Assembly (NCBI RefSeq): GCF_006345805.1
Contig: NC_043005.1
Coordinates: forward strand, 38,378,001 to 38,442,000
From: Octopus sinensis
Taxonomy: Eukaryota
Direction of reading: 5' to 3'
DNA: 64,000 bases
Shown here: piece by piece, positions 1-13,004 of the stretch
Layout of the letters: every line of letters starts with the position of its first letter
Position numbering within the stretch: the stretch's first letter is position 1
The notes under the pieces: generated by a model
Databases searched by the model: none
Told to the model about the DNA's origin: nothing
Seen by the model: only the letters and a program-made list of their open reading frames with translations
Translations under genes and position numbers: made by a program

Positions 1-479
1 ACTATATAAATGCTGAATCATTTATAGGATTTTTAAACCTATTACAAGGAAGTTTCAAATTTAATGTTTCCCATGTTTCTTAAGTCTGTTTTTGATTTGA
101 CAACCTCTCCTGTGAACCATTTCCAGTTTGTGTGGTTACACTATGGGAAGATACATTGCTTTGTGAATTTATTGCATAACTTTTTGATCCTGAACAGACA
201 AAATTGTTATTTACTGTATTTTCATATAAACAAGTTACTTGTCTTGTCTATAGTCTTAAGAATATAATGATAGAAATATACATTCATGAGACTAGAATAA
301 GAATCATATTAACTATAATACAAATGAAGGAAGCTTGCAACATTTGCTCATATATATTTTTCTAACATTCTATTTAGAAGGATTATGTTTCCTTCATTGG
401 CTAACAGTAAAGAAGCTTATGTTTCAAAAACCAAATTCTTCTAATGTATGTTGCTACAAACCATTAGCATTTATATTAT

Positions 480-565
480 CACATAATACATACATACATA
501 CATATATGTATGTATGTATGTTTGTATATATGTATGCATATGTATACATATATATGTATACATAT

Positions 566-614
<49 letters not shown>

Positions 615-735
615 GTTTGTGTATATGTATGTGTATGTATATACAGAGATAGATAGATACATATATACATACATAGATACATACATACATACATACATAC
701 ATACATACATACATACATGCATACATACAAACATA
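480..735. repeat. Compound (TACA)n/(TATG)n/(TA)n microsatellite
   Basis: Directly visible; source of the YV/YI/CM ORFs in the track. Confidence 0.95.
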
Positions 736-1084
736 CGTAATATATGCACGTTTTTAGCAAGTAAATCTATCTCTTGGAATAGTTTTTCAAACTTTGTATA
801 CTAAGAAGTAAAAATTATGTAGAAAATGCAGAACCAATTATTGTTTTAAAATGATTGCCAGAATTTATTGGGACACTACAGACTGGTTTAATCATGAAGA
901 ACAAAAATTATTCATAAATAAAATAAGACCAAAATCTTCTCTGTTATTGATACTCAATAAGATATTTTTTGACTGTTTCCTTATTCCGTATGAAAGCTGA
1001 ACTATGACAAAATAGTTATATCATTTTTATAACATGATATTAAGACATAAAATACCACTGTTAAAATATCTGTAGGATAATAAT

Positions 1085-1297
1085 GGTTTCAAATTTTGGC
1101 ATAAGGCCAGTAATTTGGGAGGAGGGTTAAGTTGGGTACATTGCCCCTATTACTCAACTAGTACTTATTGTATTGACCCTAGAGGGATGAAAGGCAAAGT
1201 CATTCTCCACAAAACTTGATCTCAGAACACGAAGACAGAAAAAATTCTGTGAAACATTTTGCCCAATATGCTAAGGATTCTGCCAGCTCACCACCTT
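1085..1297 (-). mobile_element. tRNA-derived SINE, family B (head aaggcggcgagctggcagaa...gagttcaaattcc)
   Basis: Reverse complement aligns with the less decayed copies at 52295 and 55965-56230; (AAT)n flank. Confidence 0.85.
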
Positions 1298-1306
1298 AAT
1301 AATAAC

Positions 1307-1349
<43 letters not shown>

Positions 1350-1855
1350 TAAAAGTGTTATCATGTACATTGTTTTGTCTTGGTATAAAAGATGGGCTAC
1401 AGCAAATATTCTGCTCAATACCACAGATTTGTTTGTCAGTTGTTTGACCTTAACCAGTTGAGCATGTCCCTTAGTGGCTGACGATATGTGCATCTCTGAT
1501 CACGAGCAGAAGTAGTGGGGGAGCATCATAGCCATGTGTTGAGAGGGATTCTTTGGGGTTTGAAAAATTCACCTCTGGAAACATGGGTGGTTCTATCAAC
1601 ATCCTTAAACAACCCTTATTCAGGGACCTTTTGAGCGGGATGGGCTACTCAACCTGAAGAAAATTCTAACTGGGCCCCACCTGCAAGGTCATGTGCTGTT
1701 TAGCTTGATATGAGATCACCATGTCGCGCACATATGGTTGTGATGCCTGTGCCTAGTGTACCTTTATCAGACGGGTAGTCATGATGGGTATATTGGGCTT
1801 CGTATATTTTACCCCAGTGTCACTTTGATGGCATGAACTGCTCTCTCACTCAATA
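1350..1855 (+). repeat. Unclassified ~500-bp non-coding interspersed repeat bounded by (AAT)n
   Basis: Roughly 85-90% identical by eye to the reverse complement of 32427-32965. Confidence 0.85.
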
Positions 1856-1871
1856 ATAATAATAATAATAA

Positions 1872-2477
1872 TCCTTTGTACTATAGGCACAGGGCCTGAA
1901 ATTTTGGGTGGACGGGAATGGTCCATTACATCATCCCCAGAACTTGACTGGTATTTAATTTATCAACCCCAAAAGTATGAAAGACAAAGTAGACTTCGAC
2001 AGAATTTCATCTCAGAATGTAGCGATGTGCAAAATACTGCTAAGCATTTTGTCCTGTGTGCTAATGATTCTGTCAGTGCACCACAATAATAATCCTTTCT
2101 ACTATAGGCACAAAGCCTGAAATTTTGGAGTAGGGAGCTAGTTGGTTACATCAACCTCTGTGTTCAACTAGTACTTATTTTATTGACCCTGCTGGCATTA
2201 AAGGCAAGATTGGACCGCAGTGGAATTTGAAGTCAGAACACAAGGATGGACGAAATGGCACTAAGCATTTTAACGATTCTGCCAGATTGCCACATTTTAA
2301 TGGTTTCAAACTTTGGCAGAAGGCCAGTAAAATTGGGGGAGGGAGTAAATCAATTACATCGACCCCTGAGCCCAAATTTTACTGACCTCCAACAGGCAAA
2401 GTCGACCTTGGCAGAATTTGAACTTAGAACGTAAAGACAGACGAAATGCTGCTAAGCATTTTGCCCAGCTTGCCACC

Positions 2478-2527
<50 letters not shown>

Positions 2528-2741
2528 TCTTTCTTCTATAGGCACAAGGCCTGAAATTTTGCAGAAGGGGACTAGTTGATTACATTAACCCCAGTTTTCC
2601 ACTGATACTTAATTCATCAACCCCGAAAGGATGAAAAGCAAAGTTGACCTTGGCAAAATTTGAACTGAGAAGGTAAAGATGGGCGAAATGCTGCTAAGCA
2701 TTTTGCCTTGCATGCTAACAATTCTGTCAGCTCACTGCTTT
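1872..2741 (-). mobile_element. Four head-to-tail family-B SINE copies, some separated by (AAT)n
   Basis: Recurring units cctttctactataggcacaaggcctgaaatttt...gcaaagtcgacc...gaatttgaact...ctaagcatttt. Confidence 0.85.
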
Positions 2742-2742
2742 G

Positions 2743-2782
<40 letters not shown>

Positions 2783-3049
2783 CAGTAAATCTATTTTTAT
2801 TAACCACAAACGGTTTGCAATAACGAAACATTATGGACAGTACAAGACAAAACAAAGAATGTGTATGGGTATGTGTTGTGGTAAGAGTTTTGTGTGTAAA
2901 CAAAAAAAAACAAGTTCAACAATATGTATTTCTCAATACTGAGGAGACGTTCGAGGGCTGCTCATGGAAAAACCCCATAAAAACCACGGGTCCTCTGACT
3001 TTTGTGGCAAGTGCCTATATTTACGTTCCTTTTCTCCAACTACAGGTAT

Positions 3050-4062
3050 ATGCTCAGGGCATATACCTAACAATGCAACCTTCGTGTTTTGCGTCGAAGA
3101 ATTGGTCGAGTGTCAATCTCACAGCGAGCACGTCGGTCGCAATGCCTTTCCTAAAAGCCTTGTCTAACTTCCTGGCTAGCCTCACTTCTACTCTGTTTCT
3201 TTCTACTACTAGTCATTTGCTAAACCTTATGAATTCTATTCTAATCGCCTGCTACCATTTATAATAAATGGCGAACTACCATTTATTATTGATGATTGCC
3301 CCCATTAGTTCACTAATCCGGTCTCTGAGATCTTTATGCGCCGGCGGCGATGCATTCAGCTTCTCGTAACCGGGTCCATCAATGGAGCCTAAGCCAACTG
3401 TACAGATCACGAATTTGTGGTCTGTGTAGCTGACTACTTTAAATTGTGAACAATCTATGCTCTCCTTATCTACCACTCTACAGATGCGGTTTGACTAGGT
3501 CCACACAGGCACATCAGGAAAATCCAGTCGATACTTGTCAGACAGCTGGAATCGTCTGAGCAGGTTTTGCATCCTCCTTCCCTATCTGCTAAACCCACAG
3601 AGTCCCACCTTACATCTAAAACACCATTCCAATCCCCCACTAACATTAAAGGACACTTTCAGGCTAGTTGCCATCTATGCTCTGTCTGAAGAAATCTGGT
3701 CATCCTGCCTCTGACAGAGCATAGATGGCAACTAGCCTGAAAGTGTCCTTTGCTGCCAGTCATGTCCAGCACTACCTAATTACTTTCTGGATTCAGGAAG
3801 ATCGTCCGTCTTGCAAGCTCCGGATCTTTCTAAACCATCGGCGACTCCACCTCCCACTACCGGACGATTTGGAGATGCGTACACCTCATAGTCAGCGAAA
3901 ATGGGTTGGAGGTCCCATGTGATGGAAATTCTGGTTCTACTAATAGCCACCACATCGACATTCAGTGCCCTGAGGTTGTAGAGCAGGTGACCCCGCTTCC
4001 AAGACGACTCCAGGCTACTTACATTCACGCTGCCTATTCTGTACACAATCATGTTGTCAGAA
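3050..4062 (-). pseudogene. LINE ORF2 APE endonuclease and linker remnant
   Basis: ORFs 3780-4178 and 3276-3476 plus intervening frames (LVAIY..., GDWNGVLD, TDHK). Confidence 0.8.
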
Positions 4063-4657
4063 AAAGAAACGGAAAGAAAAGGAAAGCTTACTTGTTTTCT
4101 TTTTTTTTTTTTTTTTAGGGGAAGTTTGTTCGTTTCTCCTGTTGGCTTGGGGTGTTTCAAGCAGCAAGTCACCAACAATCCTCTTGGAGATATTCTCTCG
4201 AAAATCTCCGATTTCCTGTGGGAATTGCGTTTTTAAGTGGGTGTATATGTTTTATGTTGTTTGAACGATTTGTGTGTGTGGATGTAGGGAGATTGTGGGT
4301 GTGACAAAATCTTCTGGTGTAATGCTTGTGTGTGCTATTATGTACTTTATCAATTCATTGTTTTTTGTGCTTTTTGCCATGTAGTTTCTAATGCTAGTCT
4401 CTTTACTTTGTGTTTGTTGCTGTTGTTGTTGTTGATGTAGTTGTATGTTTGTGGAGTGCTTATGTTTGTGGCGTTGTTGGTCGAGGTAATGTTTGTGGTA
4501 GTGGTGGCGATACATTGTCTGTTGTGGGTGAATTTATTATTGTTGGTTTTATTTTTTCCCCCTCTCTACTGCTTGTGTAGATGAGGATTGTTGCTGTTTG
4601 TCCATAGATTTGGTTTTCTTTTTGTGAGTTTTCGTTTTTTTTTCTTGCTTTCATCAT

Positions 4658-5420
4658 TCACTCCTCATCGCGATTAGACTCTCCACATGTGGTGTCCGCT
4701 TGCTCGACATCAGGAAGTGGAACATCTTCGGGCGCTAAGAAGTGTTCGGGGGAACTCTGTGTCGGTATGGTTGGTATTGGTGCTGCCATGGCTGAATATG
4801 GTGATGGTGCTGTTGTCACTCGAGTTCTGGTGGCTTTTGTTGGTGTAGAGAGGACAGGTGCCCGTCTCTCTTTATTCTTTAATCTAGAGCAGAAGGCTTT
4901 CAGATGAGTGGTAGAAAGGCAAACGTGGCACTTCCCTTTCCCTCCATCTACTCTGACTGGAATAATGTTACCTCCAGGAAGATGAATCTGGTGTGGGATG
5001 AGATCAACGTTTTTTGGGTTGTTTGGATGTGGACTTCTATCGTCATTCCGAACCAGTTCTCCTTTTTGATTTGACAGACTTTGAGGATTTTCAAGTTTTC
5101 CTTGATGACTATCGTTACTGCAGCAATTAGCCAAGGAATGGCTATTTCTGGCGGCACCTGTTGTATAAGGTTTTAGCCAGTCTCTGGCTACTGTAGAAGG
5201 GAACTAACAACAGCTCCTCGGTTTTGAACTGTTTCAAAGAGTGAGATTTAGCTTCCTCCTTTGTGCAGAATCTCACCTCCACCATCCTATAGCCCCTTCC
5301 TCTCTGTATATATTCCTTTAGATTCGAGACGGAACTTACAGCTTTTTGTATTTGATTTCTGTGGCTCTTACTACCCTCCTTGACTTTAATCCGATTGTAT
5401 GATAAGTCACTGTGTAATGT
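4658..5420 (-). pseudogene. LINE ORF1 remnant (nucleic-acid-binding region + CCHC zinc knuckle)
   Basis: ORFs 4948-5157 and 4658-5134 join across a frameshift; paralogous to 38547-39109. Confidence 0.8.
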
Positions 5421-5789
5421 ATCGTATTTTGGATAGTTTCCATGGGGATATTTAGCTTGATAGCTAACCCGTCTTTTTCGACTAAGCTGTCTGGCATTTT
5501 TTACTTCCTCTTCCTCTTCAGAGAATTTTATTCTCAGAAGAGAGTGAAGGTAAATTTATTGCTATTCCAAGCTATTGCAGCGGCTTGTTGCTCAGTTCCT
5601 TTGTCGTCCTTATTGTTGTTGTTGCTATTGCTGCTGTTGTTGTAGTCACCGTTGTTATGGTGGTTGTTGTAGTTGTTATGTTTTCTGCTGTTACAGTTGT
5701 TTTTGTTGGTGGTGTCTTTATGTTTCTCGTAGGTTTCATTAACGTGTTTCGTATTGCCTTTGGCGTTCAATTTGTCCCTCTCTTTTTCT

Positions 5790-6178
5790 CTCTTTTACTT
5801 GTTTCAGTCATTTGACTGCGGCCATGCTGGAGCACCGCCTTTGGTCGAGCAAATCGACCCCGGGACTTATTCTTTGTAAGCCCAGTAGTTATTCTATCGG
5901 TCTCTTTTGCCGAACCGCTAAGTAACGGGGGACATAAAAACACCAGCATCGGTTGTCAAGCAATGCTAGGGGGACAAACACAGACACACACACACACACA
6001 TATTTATATATATATGACAGGCTTCTTTCAGTTTCCGTCTACCAAACCCACTCACAAGGCTTTGTTCGGCCTGAGGCTATAGCAGAAGACACTTGCCCAA
6101 GATGCCACGCAGTGGGACTGAACCCGGAACCATGTGGTTGGTTAGCAAGCTACTTACCACACAGCCACTCCTGCGCCT
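5790..6178 (-). mobile_element. tRNA-derived SINE family A (CORE-like body, central TA/TG microsatellite, gagtaaaa tail); young copy
   Basis: Near-identical to 18131-18535, 30301-30700, 50020-50447, 56525-56912, 57515-57945; B-box-like ggttcagtccc; ttgggcaagtgtctt core. Confidence 0.9.
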
Positions 6179-6692
6179 GTTTTTTTTTCTTTTTTTTCAA
6201 TATTGTTTGTTGTTGTAGTGGCTGTGGTGTGTGTGGACCGCTGCTGGTTTCTCATGCTTTTTCACAGTTCAGATTGTTGTGGTTGCTGTTGTTGTTGTTG
6301 CTGCTGCTGCCACCACTGTCACCCTTCACTTCGTAGACTACAAGGTGAGAGGGCAAAGGAAGAGGAAAAAAATCACGTGAGGGAGAGTTGGTGGAAGAAA
6401 TGGATCTCCCTCTCAATGGTGCGGTGATGGCAGATGGTGACGCCTTCTTGAATGTATGCTTGTTTTTCCCAAAATAGATGGATATTTTATGAAGGCAAAA
6501 ATCTTGCTCCTTACAGAGCAAAAACAACCATAGAACCCCAGGCAAAAGGTTCCTGGTGTTCTCCACAACAATTTTAAACAAAAACTTGGAACACAAAACA
6601 ATAACAAATAGGTGAAAATAATAATTATAACTGAGACTCACACAGCATCTTGGAAACCATGTGTTTACACCTCCACAGCAAATATAATAATG

Positions 6693-6730
<38 letters not shown>

Positions 6731-6737
6731 TATAATG

Positions 6738-6952
6738 ATAGTTTCAAATTTTGCCACAAGGGCAGCAATTTTGGGGGAGGGGATGAATTGATTACATCGA
6801 TCTCAGTGTTCAATTGGTATTTATTTTATTGACCTCAAAAGGATGAAAGGCAAAGTTGACCTTGGCGGAATTTGAACTCAGAATGTAACGACGGACGAAA
6901 TACTGCTAAGCCTCTTGTCCAGTGTGCTAATAATTCTGCTAGCTTGCCACCT
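6738..6952 (-). mobile_element. SINE family B
   Basis: ggatgaaaggcaaagttgaccttggcggaatttgaactcagaa; AAT flanks. Confidence 0.85.
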
Positions 6953-7496
6953 TAATCATCATCATCATAATAATAATAATAATAATAATAATAACATATG
7001 GAGATGCACATCCATACATATAAACATTGTACATAGTTGCAAAACACACACACACAGACAAGCACACACAAGGAGACAGAGGTGCATACATATACAAACA
7101 CACTCACACACATACATAAAAGATACACAAACACGGACATGCAAGCACATGAATATGCAGAGTACATACATACATACATACATATATATGCATACACACA
7201 CATATATACATATACACATACATACATACTTACATACATACATGCATGCATGCATAGGCACACACACACACTGACCCACACACATGCACACAAACAAACA
7301 AAAAGGAATGCAGTGTAAATAATGGACAGAGTCAAGACTATTGAAAATGTTGCAAGATGCAACAAAACTTTTAGGAAAATAAAAATAAGAAATAAGTGAA
7401 AATTTTACTTGTGAGTGTGTTAAATTATAAGGCACAAAAAGAAAATGAATCTCCCCAGACAACAGAATAATAATAATAATGATGATAATAATAATG

Positions 7497-7556
<60 letters not shown>

Positions 7557-7557
<1 letters not shown>

Positions 7558-7735
7558 TCTTTATAATTTTTGTCACAAGGCAGCAATTCTGATGGGAGTC
7601 AGAAATAACTGCATCAATCCTACCGTTCAACAGGTTGACTTTGTTGGTATTTAAACTCAGAACATAAAGAACTAGAAAAAATGTCACTAAGCATTTTGCC
7701 TGGCATGCGAACAATTCTGCCAGCTTGCATAATAA

Positions 7736-7773
<38 letters not shown>

Positions 7774-8523
7774 TGATAATAATAATGACAACAACAATAA
7801 TAGTAAAGATGATGATAGATAAATAAAAGAAATTAAAAAGTTTCGTTAAAGATGTCCTTCAGAGAAAGTAAAACAACAACAAACAAACCTTGGTGTAAAT
7901 ATGAAGTGAAAGAGTTAAATTGGCATCTTTCAATTTTGCAAAGATATTCACAGAAGAGATGCCTTACCAACAGGAGGTTCTTAAAAGAAAAAACAAAAAA
8001 AAACGGGTCATAAGATTCCATTTACTGAGAACATTGTACTTTACCATGTCTTCATCTGACAACAGTAACAACAACAACAACAAACCTGAGAATGAGTAAT
8101 AATAAAACTAACATTACCAACCATCAAAGATACCTCATGACAACCAGAAAAAAAAAAACAAAAACAACAGCAGCAACTAAACACAACTGCAATATTAGCA
8201 AGAATTTTCAACTTTAATATATATAAATCCACTACATTAAAACTAGTGGCCTAGAAATATTCTTTGAATATTAGAAAATTTGATTAATAGAATTCACTTA
8301 AATAATAATAATAAAGATAATAATAATAAAATAATAATAATAATTCTTTATAATTTTTGTCACAAGGCAGCAATTCTGATGGGAGTCAGAAATCAACTGC
8401 ATCAATCCTACCGTTCAACAGGTTGACTTTGTTGGTATTTAAACTCAGAACATAAAGAACTAGAAAAAATGTCACTAAGCATTTTGCCTGGCATGCGAAC
8501 AATTCTGCCAGCTTGCATAATAA

Positions 8524-8561
<38 letters not shown>

Positions 8562-9101
8562 TGATAATAATAATGACAACAACAATAATAGTAAAGATGA
8601 TGATAGATAAATAAAAGAAATTAAAAAGTTTCGTTAAAGATGTCCTTCAGAGAAAGTAAAACAACAACAACAAACCTTGGTGTAAATATGAAGTGAAAGA
8701 GTTAAATTGGCATCTTTCATTTTGCAAAGATATTCACAGAAGAGATGCCTTACCAACAGGAGGTTCTTAAAAGAAAAAACAAAAAAAAACGGGTCATAAG
8801 ATTCCATTTACTGAGAACATTGTACTTTACCATGTCTTCATCTGACAACAGTAACAACAACAACAACAAACCTGAGAATGAGTAATAATAAAACTAACAT
8901 TACCAACCATCAAAGATACCTCATGACAACCAGAAAAAAAAAACAAAAACAACAGCAGCAACTAAACACAACTGCAATATTAGCAAGAATTTTCAACTTT
9001 AATATATATAAATCCACTACATTAAAACTAGTGGCCTAGAAATATTCTTTGAATATTAGAAAATTTGATTAATAGAATTCACTTAAATAATAATAATAAA
9101 G

Positions 9102-9110
<9 letters not shown>
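7557..9110. repeat. Near-perfect tandem duplication, period about 787 bp, bounded by (AAT)n
   Basis: 7557-8343 and 8344-9110 differ outside the AAT tracts only by a few 1-nt indels. Confidence 0.95.
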
Positions 9111-9155
<45 letters not shown>

Positions 9156-9467
9156 TCAACAACAATAGAAATAATAATGATAATAATAATGATAATAACG
9201 ACAACAACAATGATAATTGTTACATTAAGGTCTTTCAGAAAAGAATGACTATTAATGTGATTATGTTCAGCTAATAATAGTTATAAATTAGTTAAAATGC
9301 ATACAGAAAGTTTCTAGACCTAAGGGCTGTTCCTGTCATTCCTTTTAACAATCAAGAAAAGATTGAGAAATGCGATGTGGGTCGTAGGGTGGCGATGGAA
9401 GAGCATGAAAACACATATTTGCCTGAAGTGCTCGTTCTTCAATATGTATGTACAAATATACTAAATA

Positions 9468-9513
<46 letters not shown>

Positions 9514-9548
9514 GTATATATACCTTTATATATGCACACACATTTATG

Positions 9549-9579
<31 letters not shown>

Positions 9580-9847
9580 GCACTCACATTTATGTATATA
9601 TATATATGCATATGTTGGTATACATATATGTATATAGGTATGTATACACAAAACATGTGCAATATATATCTATGTGTATGTGTTTATGTGTTCAAGTATA
9701 TTTAATCAGCTGTGCTGATGTAATTTTATATTTATATAAATCTTTAACTCTTTCTATATTTTTGTCATAGTAGGCAGGGAAAGAATGAATTGGAACATGT
9801 TCAGAGACCTAGTGCCACTGCTGGCTATAAAGGCCTTCACCCTCAGG

Positions 9848-9896
<49 letters not shown>

Positions 9897-9943
9897 ATAT
9901 GTATCAAATGAAATAAAATGAAAAACAGGATACTAAGGATGTC

Positions 9944-10036
9944 GCAGTACATATGTTTCAAGCTTTATAGAACAACTTATTCTTACAACAATGCATAATC
10001 GACATAACAGATAGTTCAAAAGCCCTCTTCAGCCGC
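9944..10036 (-). ncRNA. Minimal hammerhead ribozyme motif, core intact
   Basis: GCGG-CTGAAGA-GGGCTTT...AAAGCTT-GAAA-CATATG-TA-CTGC; palindromic stem III; GUA cleavage triplet. Confidence 0.75.
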
Positions 10037-10207
10037 ATGCAATTGCTACACCAAAGACTTGTATCACATTATGAAAGATTTGATTATGAAGATTTACAAA
10101 CATACTTTCCCAGTGATATTCGGTTTAACTACCATTAGAAATAATACCAAATGTTCCTTCTCAAACCTTTCATAATGTGATACAAGTCTTTGGTGTAGCA
10201 ATTGCAT

Positions 10208-10300
10208 GCGGCTGAAGAGGGCTTTTGAACTATCTTTTATGTCGATTATGCATTGATGTAAGAATAAGTTGTTCTATAAAGCTCAAAACATATGTACCGC
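10208..10300 (+). ncRNA. Hammerhead motif with G12>A change (probably inactive)
   Basis: GCGG-CTGAAGA-GGGCTTT...AAAGCTC-AAAA-CATATG-TA-CCGC. Confidence 0.65.
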
Positions 10301-12519
10301 GACATCCTTTGTGCCCTGCTTTTCATTTTATTTCATTTGATACATATATCCTCTCACCTATGCTACTAGCTGGCATACACAGGTGCTTACATTTATCAAG
10401 TATTCATCCTGAATTTATATATATATATATATATATTATAGGAGTCCCACATGCACACCCATATCCTGAGATGTAACATGTGGGAGTTGAACATCCTGTT
10501 GAAATACAAGTCTGCTATTTCATTGGCACAGATGTGGCTTTGTGGTTAGGAAGCTTGCTAGTTCAGTCCTACAGACCAAAGTCTTGAGAGTGGATTTGGT
10601 AGAGAGAAAATGTTGTGTACTTACAATCATGAACACTCATGTACATACACCTGTATATGTGTGTGTGTGTGTGTGTGTGTAAAGTGTATTTTAGGTAAAA
10701 GAAAATCTTGTAACATGTATTGAAGATTTTTTTTTACCTAAAATACACTTTACACACACTCACACACACATATACATCAAATTAATAATTTTAGTATTTG
10801 CATAAACTTATGTTATAAATCATGGAAGGTTCACAACTAAAACATAAGTGATCTTTGCTTTCTGTAATACTCACAGCTGATAACCATATTGAATGTTACA
10901 GCGTATATCATTTTTATATTAACATAGCAATTAATTTAGAATCTTATTTGTCTAAAATGCCAGAAAAGGATGTAAATATTTCATCTCATTGTAGAAAAAC
11001 AGCTACATTGTTTTTCTTTTGTTTTTCTCTGAGATTATTGAAAAATCATTGGCCTTTGTTCTGCTGTCATCAATAAATGATATCAATAATTTGATATTGT
11101 TTAATTGTTTAATAATTATGATGATATTAATTATCAAAATGATATTACTACAAGACTTATAGCGCTTGATTTCATCTTTAGCTGAATACAGTAGGGAAAG
11201 TGGCTGACATTTTTTGCTGTTAAGGCGAGATATTTAAATTAAAGGAAAGCAGCTGAATATAAAAGTACATGGCTAAGTGGTTAAATTGTTTGGTTGATTT
11301 GCTTTGTTAAAGTTATGGGTTCAATTCCTGGATTAGGTGGGGGTGATTTTTTATTTGTTTTTAAATGAAGTAGTTCATTCAATTTTGCTCCAGTTTGTTC
11401 AGCTGGGATAAGTTTCAACCAAGTAGAAGAGATCCAGCTATCACATGCTGGATGTTCTGCTGGATCAACAGTTTGGGGTTTAAAGGGGTTTCCATGTCTG
11501 CTTGTGTCTAGATAATTATGTACAGCAATTATGAAAAGCAGTGTCACAGACACACTTGCCTACATCAGCAACTGTTAGTCATGCTCAAAACAATCTACTC
11601 AGTACAGCTCATTTAGGTGCAAAGCATGATCAATATTAATCAACAGAGGCCACCACATCAATGACAAGCAGAGCTGTAATCACTATACTCAAAATCCACA
11701 TTTATATCAATGTCCAAAGACAGATATTTCCCATAACCATAGCAAAATTTGTAATCCTTGAATAATCAAGCTGTAATTGATACCAAACTTGATATTTTAT
11801 ACAGTGAAGGGATTTTTATAGAAAACCAGAATCAGACCCTGGCCAACATACACCAAGACCTTAAAAACTCCTAGTTTAACAGCACCATCTGACACCACCA
11901 TTAGATCAGAGTCCACTATATTGAAAGTATTCAGGATAGAGTACCATTCGAGGCTAAGTCTCTCCTTCTTTTCAATAATGTCATCAGAAACTCTGAAGAG
12001 AGCTACAGGCTCAGTAACTTCTTCTAGCTAAACCTTCAAATATAGCAGAACACAGAAGCTACAGCCACAGTAATACTTGTTTGTAATATAGGCAAAAGGC
12101 TAGAAATGTATGTGAAGGGATTTGTCAATGAAACCAAACTTCAGTACTTGAATGGAATTGGTATTTTATTTCATCAACTCTACAAAGATTAAAGGGGAAG
12201 TTGATAAGGATTTGAGCACCATATCATCATCATTATCATCACCACCACCACCACCACTACCACCATCAGCCACAGCAGTATTGTTTTAATGTTCATTTTT
12301 CTACGCTTGCATGGGTCAAATGGAATTTGATGAGAATTTTTTTACAGCTGGATGATCTTCCTCTTGCAAACACTCACCTATTTCCAAGCAAAGTAATATT
12401 TCCCCATGGCCAGACATGTTTCCATGGTAGTTTGGATATGAATGATACTATTTATATAATAGTGACTTATGTTTTACAATTTGCATGCAGTGTCAAGACA
12501 AGGAGGCACAAAGGCACAC

Positions 12520-12715
12520 AGCACAACCATATACACATATATACATATATATGACTGGCCTCTTTCAGTTATCTTCTATCAAATCTATTTACAAGGCTTT
12601 GATTGGCCTGAGACTATAGTAATAGACACTTGCTTAGAAGAGTGCCACACAGTGGGATTGAACTCCAAATCATGTAGTTGAAAAGATAACTTAACCACCA
12701 CACAGCCATGCCATT
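12520..12715 (-). mobile_element. SINE family A, decayed 5' half
   Basis: gaagacacttg/ccacacagtggg/accacacagcc homology. Confidence 0.75.
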
Positions 12716-13004
12716 ACATTAAGCCATATCTACTTGATCAGGGTTGGCATGAGATTAAACATAAAAAAAACAATAATAATGATTTTTCTTATTGGTACAT
12801 GAACTCAAATTTCTGATTAAAGAGTTACACACACACACACCACACACACACACACGCACACACAAACACACTTGCATGCACAAATTGTTGGATCAGGTGA
12901 TGAAAGTCAACTAATTAGCCTAACTAATTAGGGACTAAGTTAGTTTAGATGAGATGCAGATGAGATGCATTTGTCTACTCACTCATATATATATATATAT
13001 ATAT

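Larger units (their letters stand above)
2790..5430 (-). mobile_element. L1/Tx1-type LINE copy 1: ORF1 + APE endonuclease + linker + 3'UTR, RT absent, frameshifted
   Basis: ORF1 knuckle CHVCLSTTHLKAFC (CX2CX4HX4C); APE N-terminus RIGSVNVSSL...VDVVAISRTRI; SYTDHKFV motif; 3' end ccgtttgtggttaataaaaatagattt. Confidence 0.85.
9895..10350. mobile_element. Inverted repeat (~183-bp arms, ~89-bp spacer); probable PLE inverted pLTR, each arm with a hammerhead motif
   Basis: Arms 9895-10077 and 10167-10350 are reverse complements. Confidence 0.85.

Noticed and set aside
6185-6650. Independent gene (ORF 6252-6641)
   Set aside because: Low-complexity AAC/GTT-rich sequence; more likely the 5' extension of Tx1 copy 1 beyond the SINE insertion
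11650-12000. Very old RT-like segment (LLLFNNVI)
   Set aside because: Single weak motif; cannot be supported without a profile search
11990-12030. CTGAAGA-GAGC-tacag-GCTC-A-GTAA as a hammerhead
   Set aside because: Good stem II, but GAAA is altered and stems I and III do not pair
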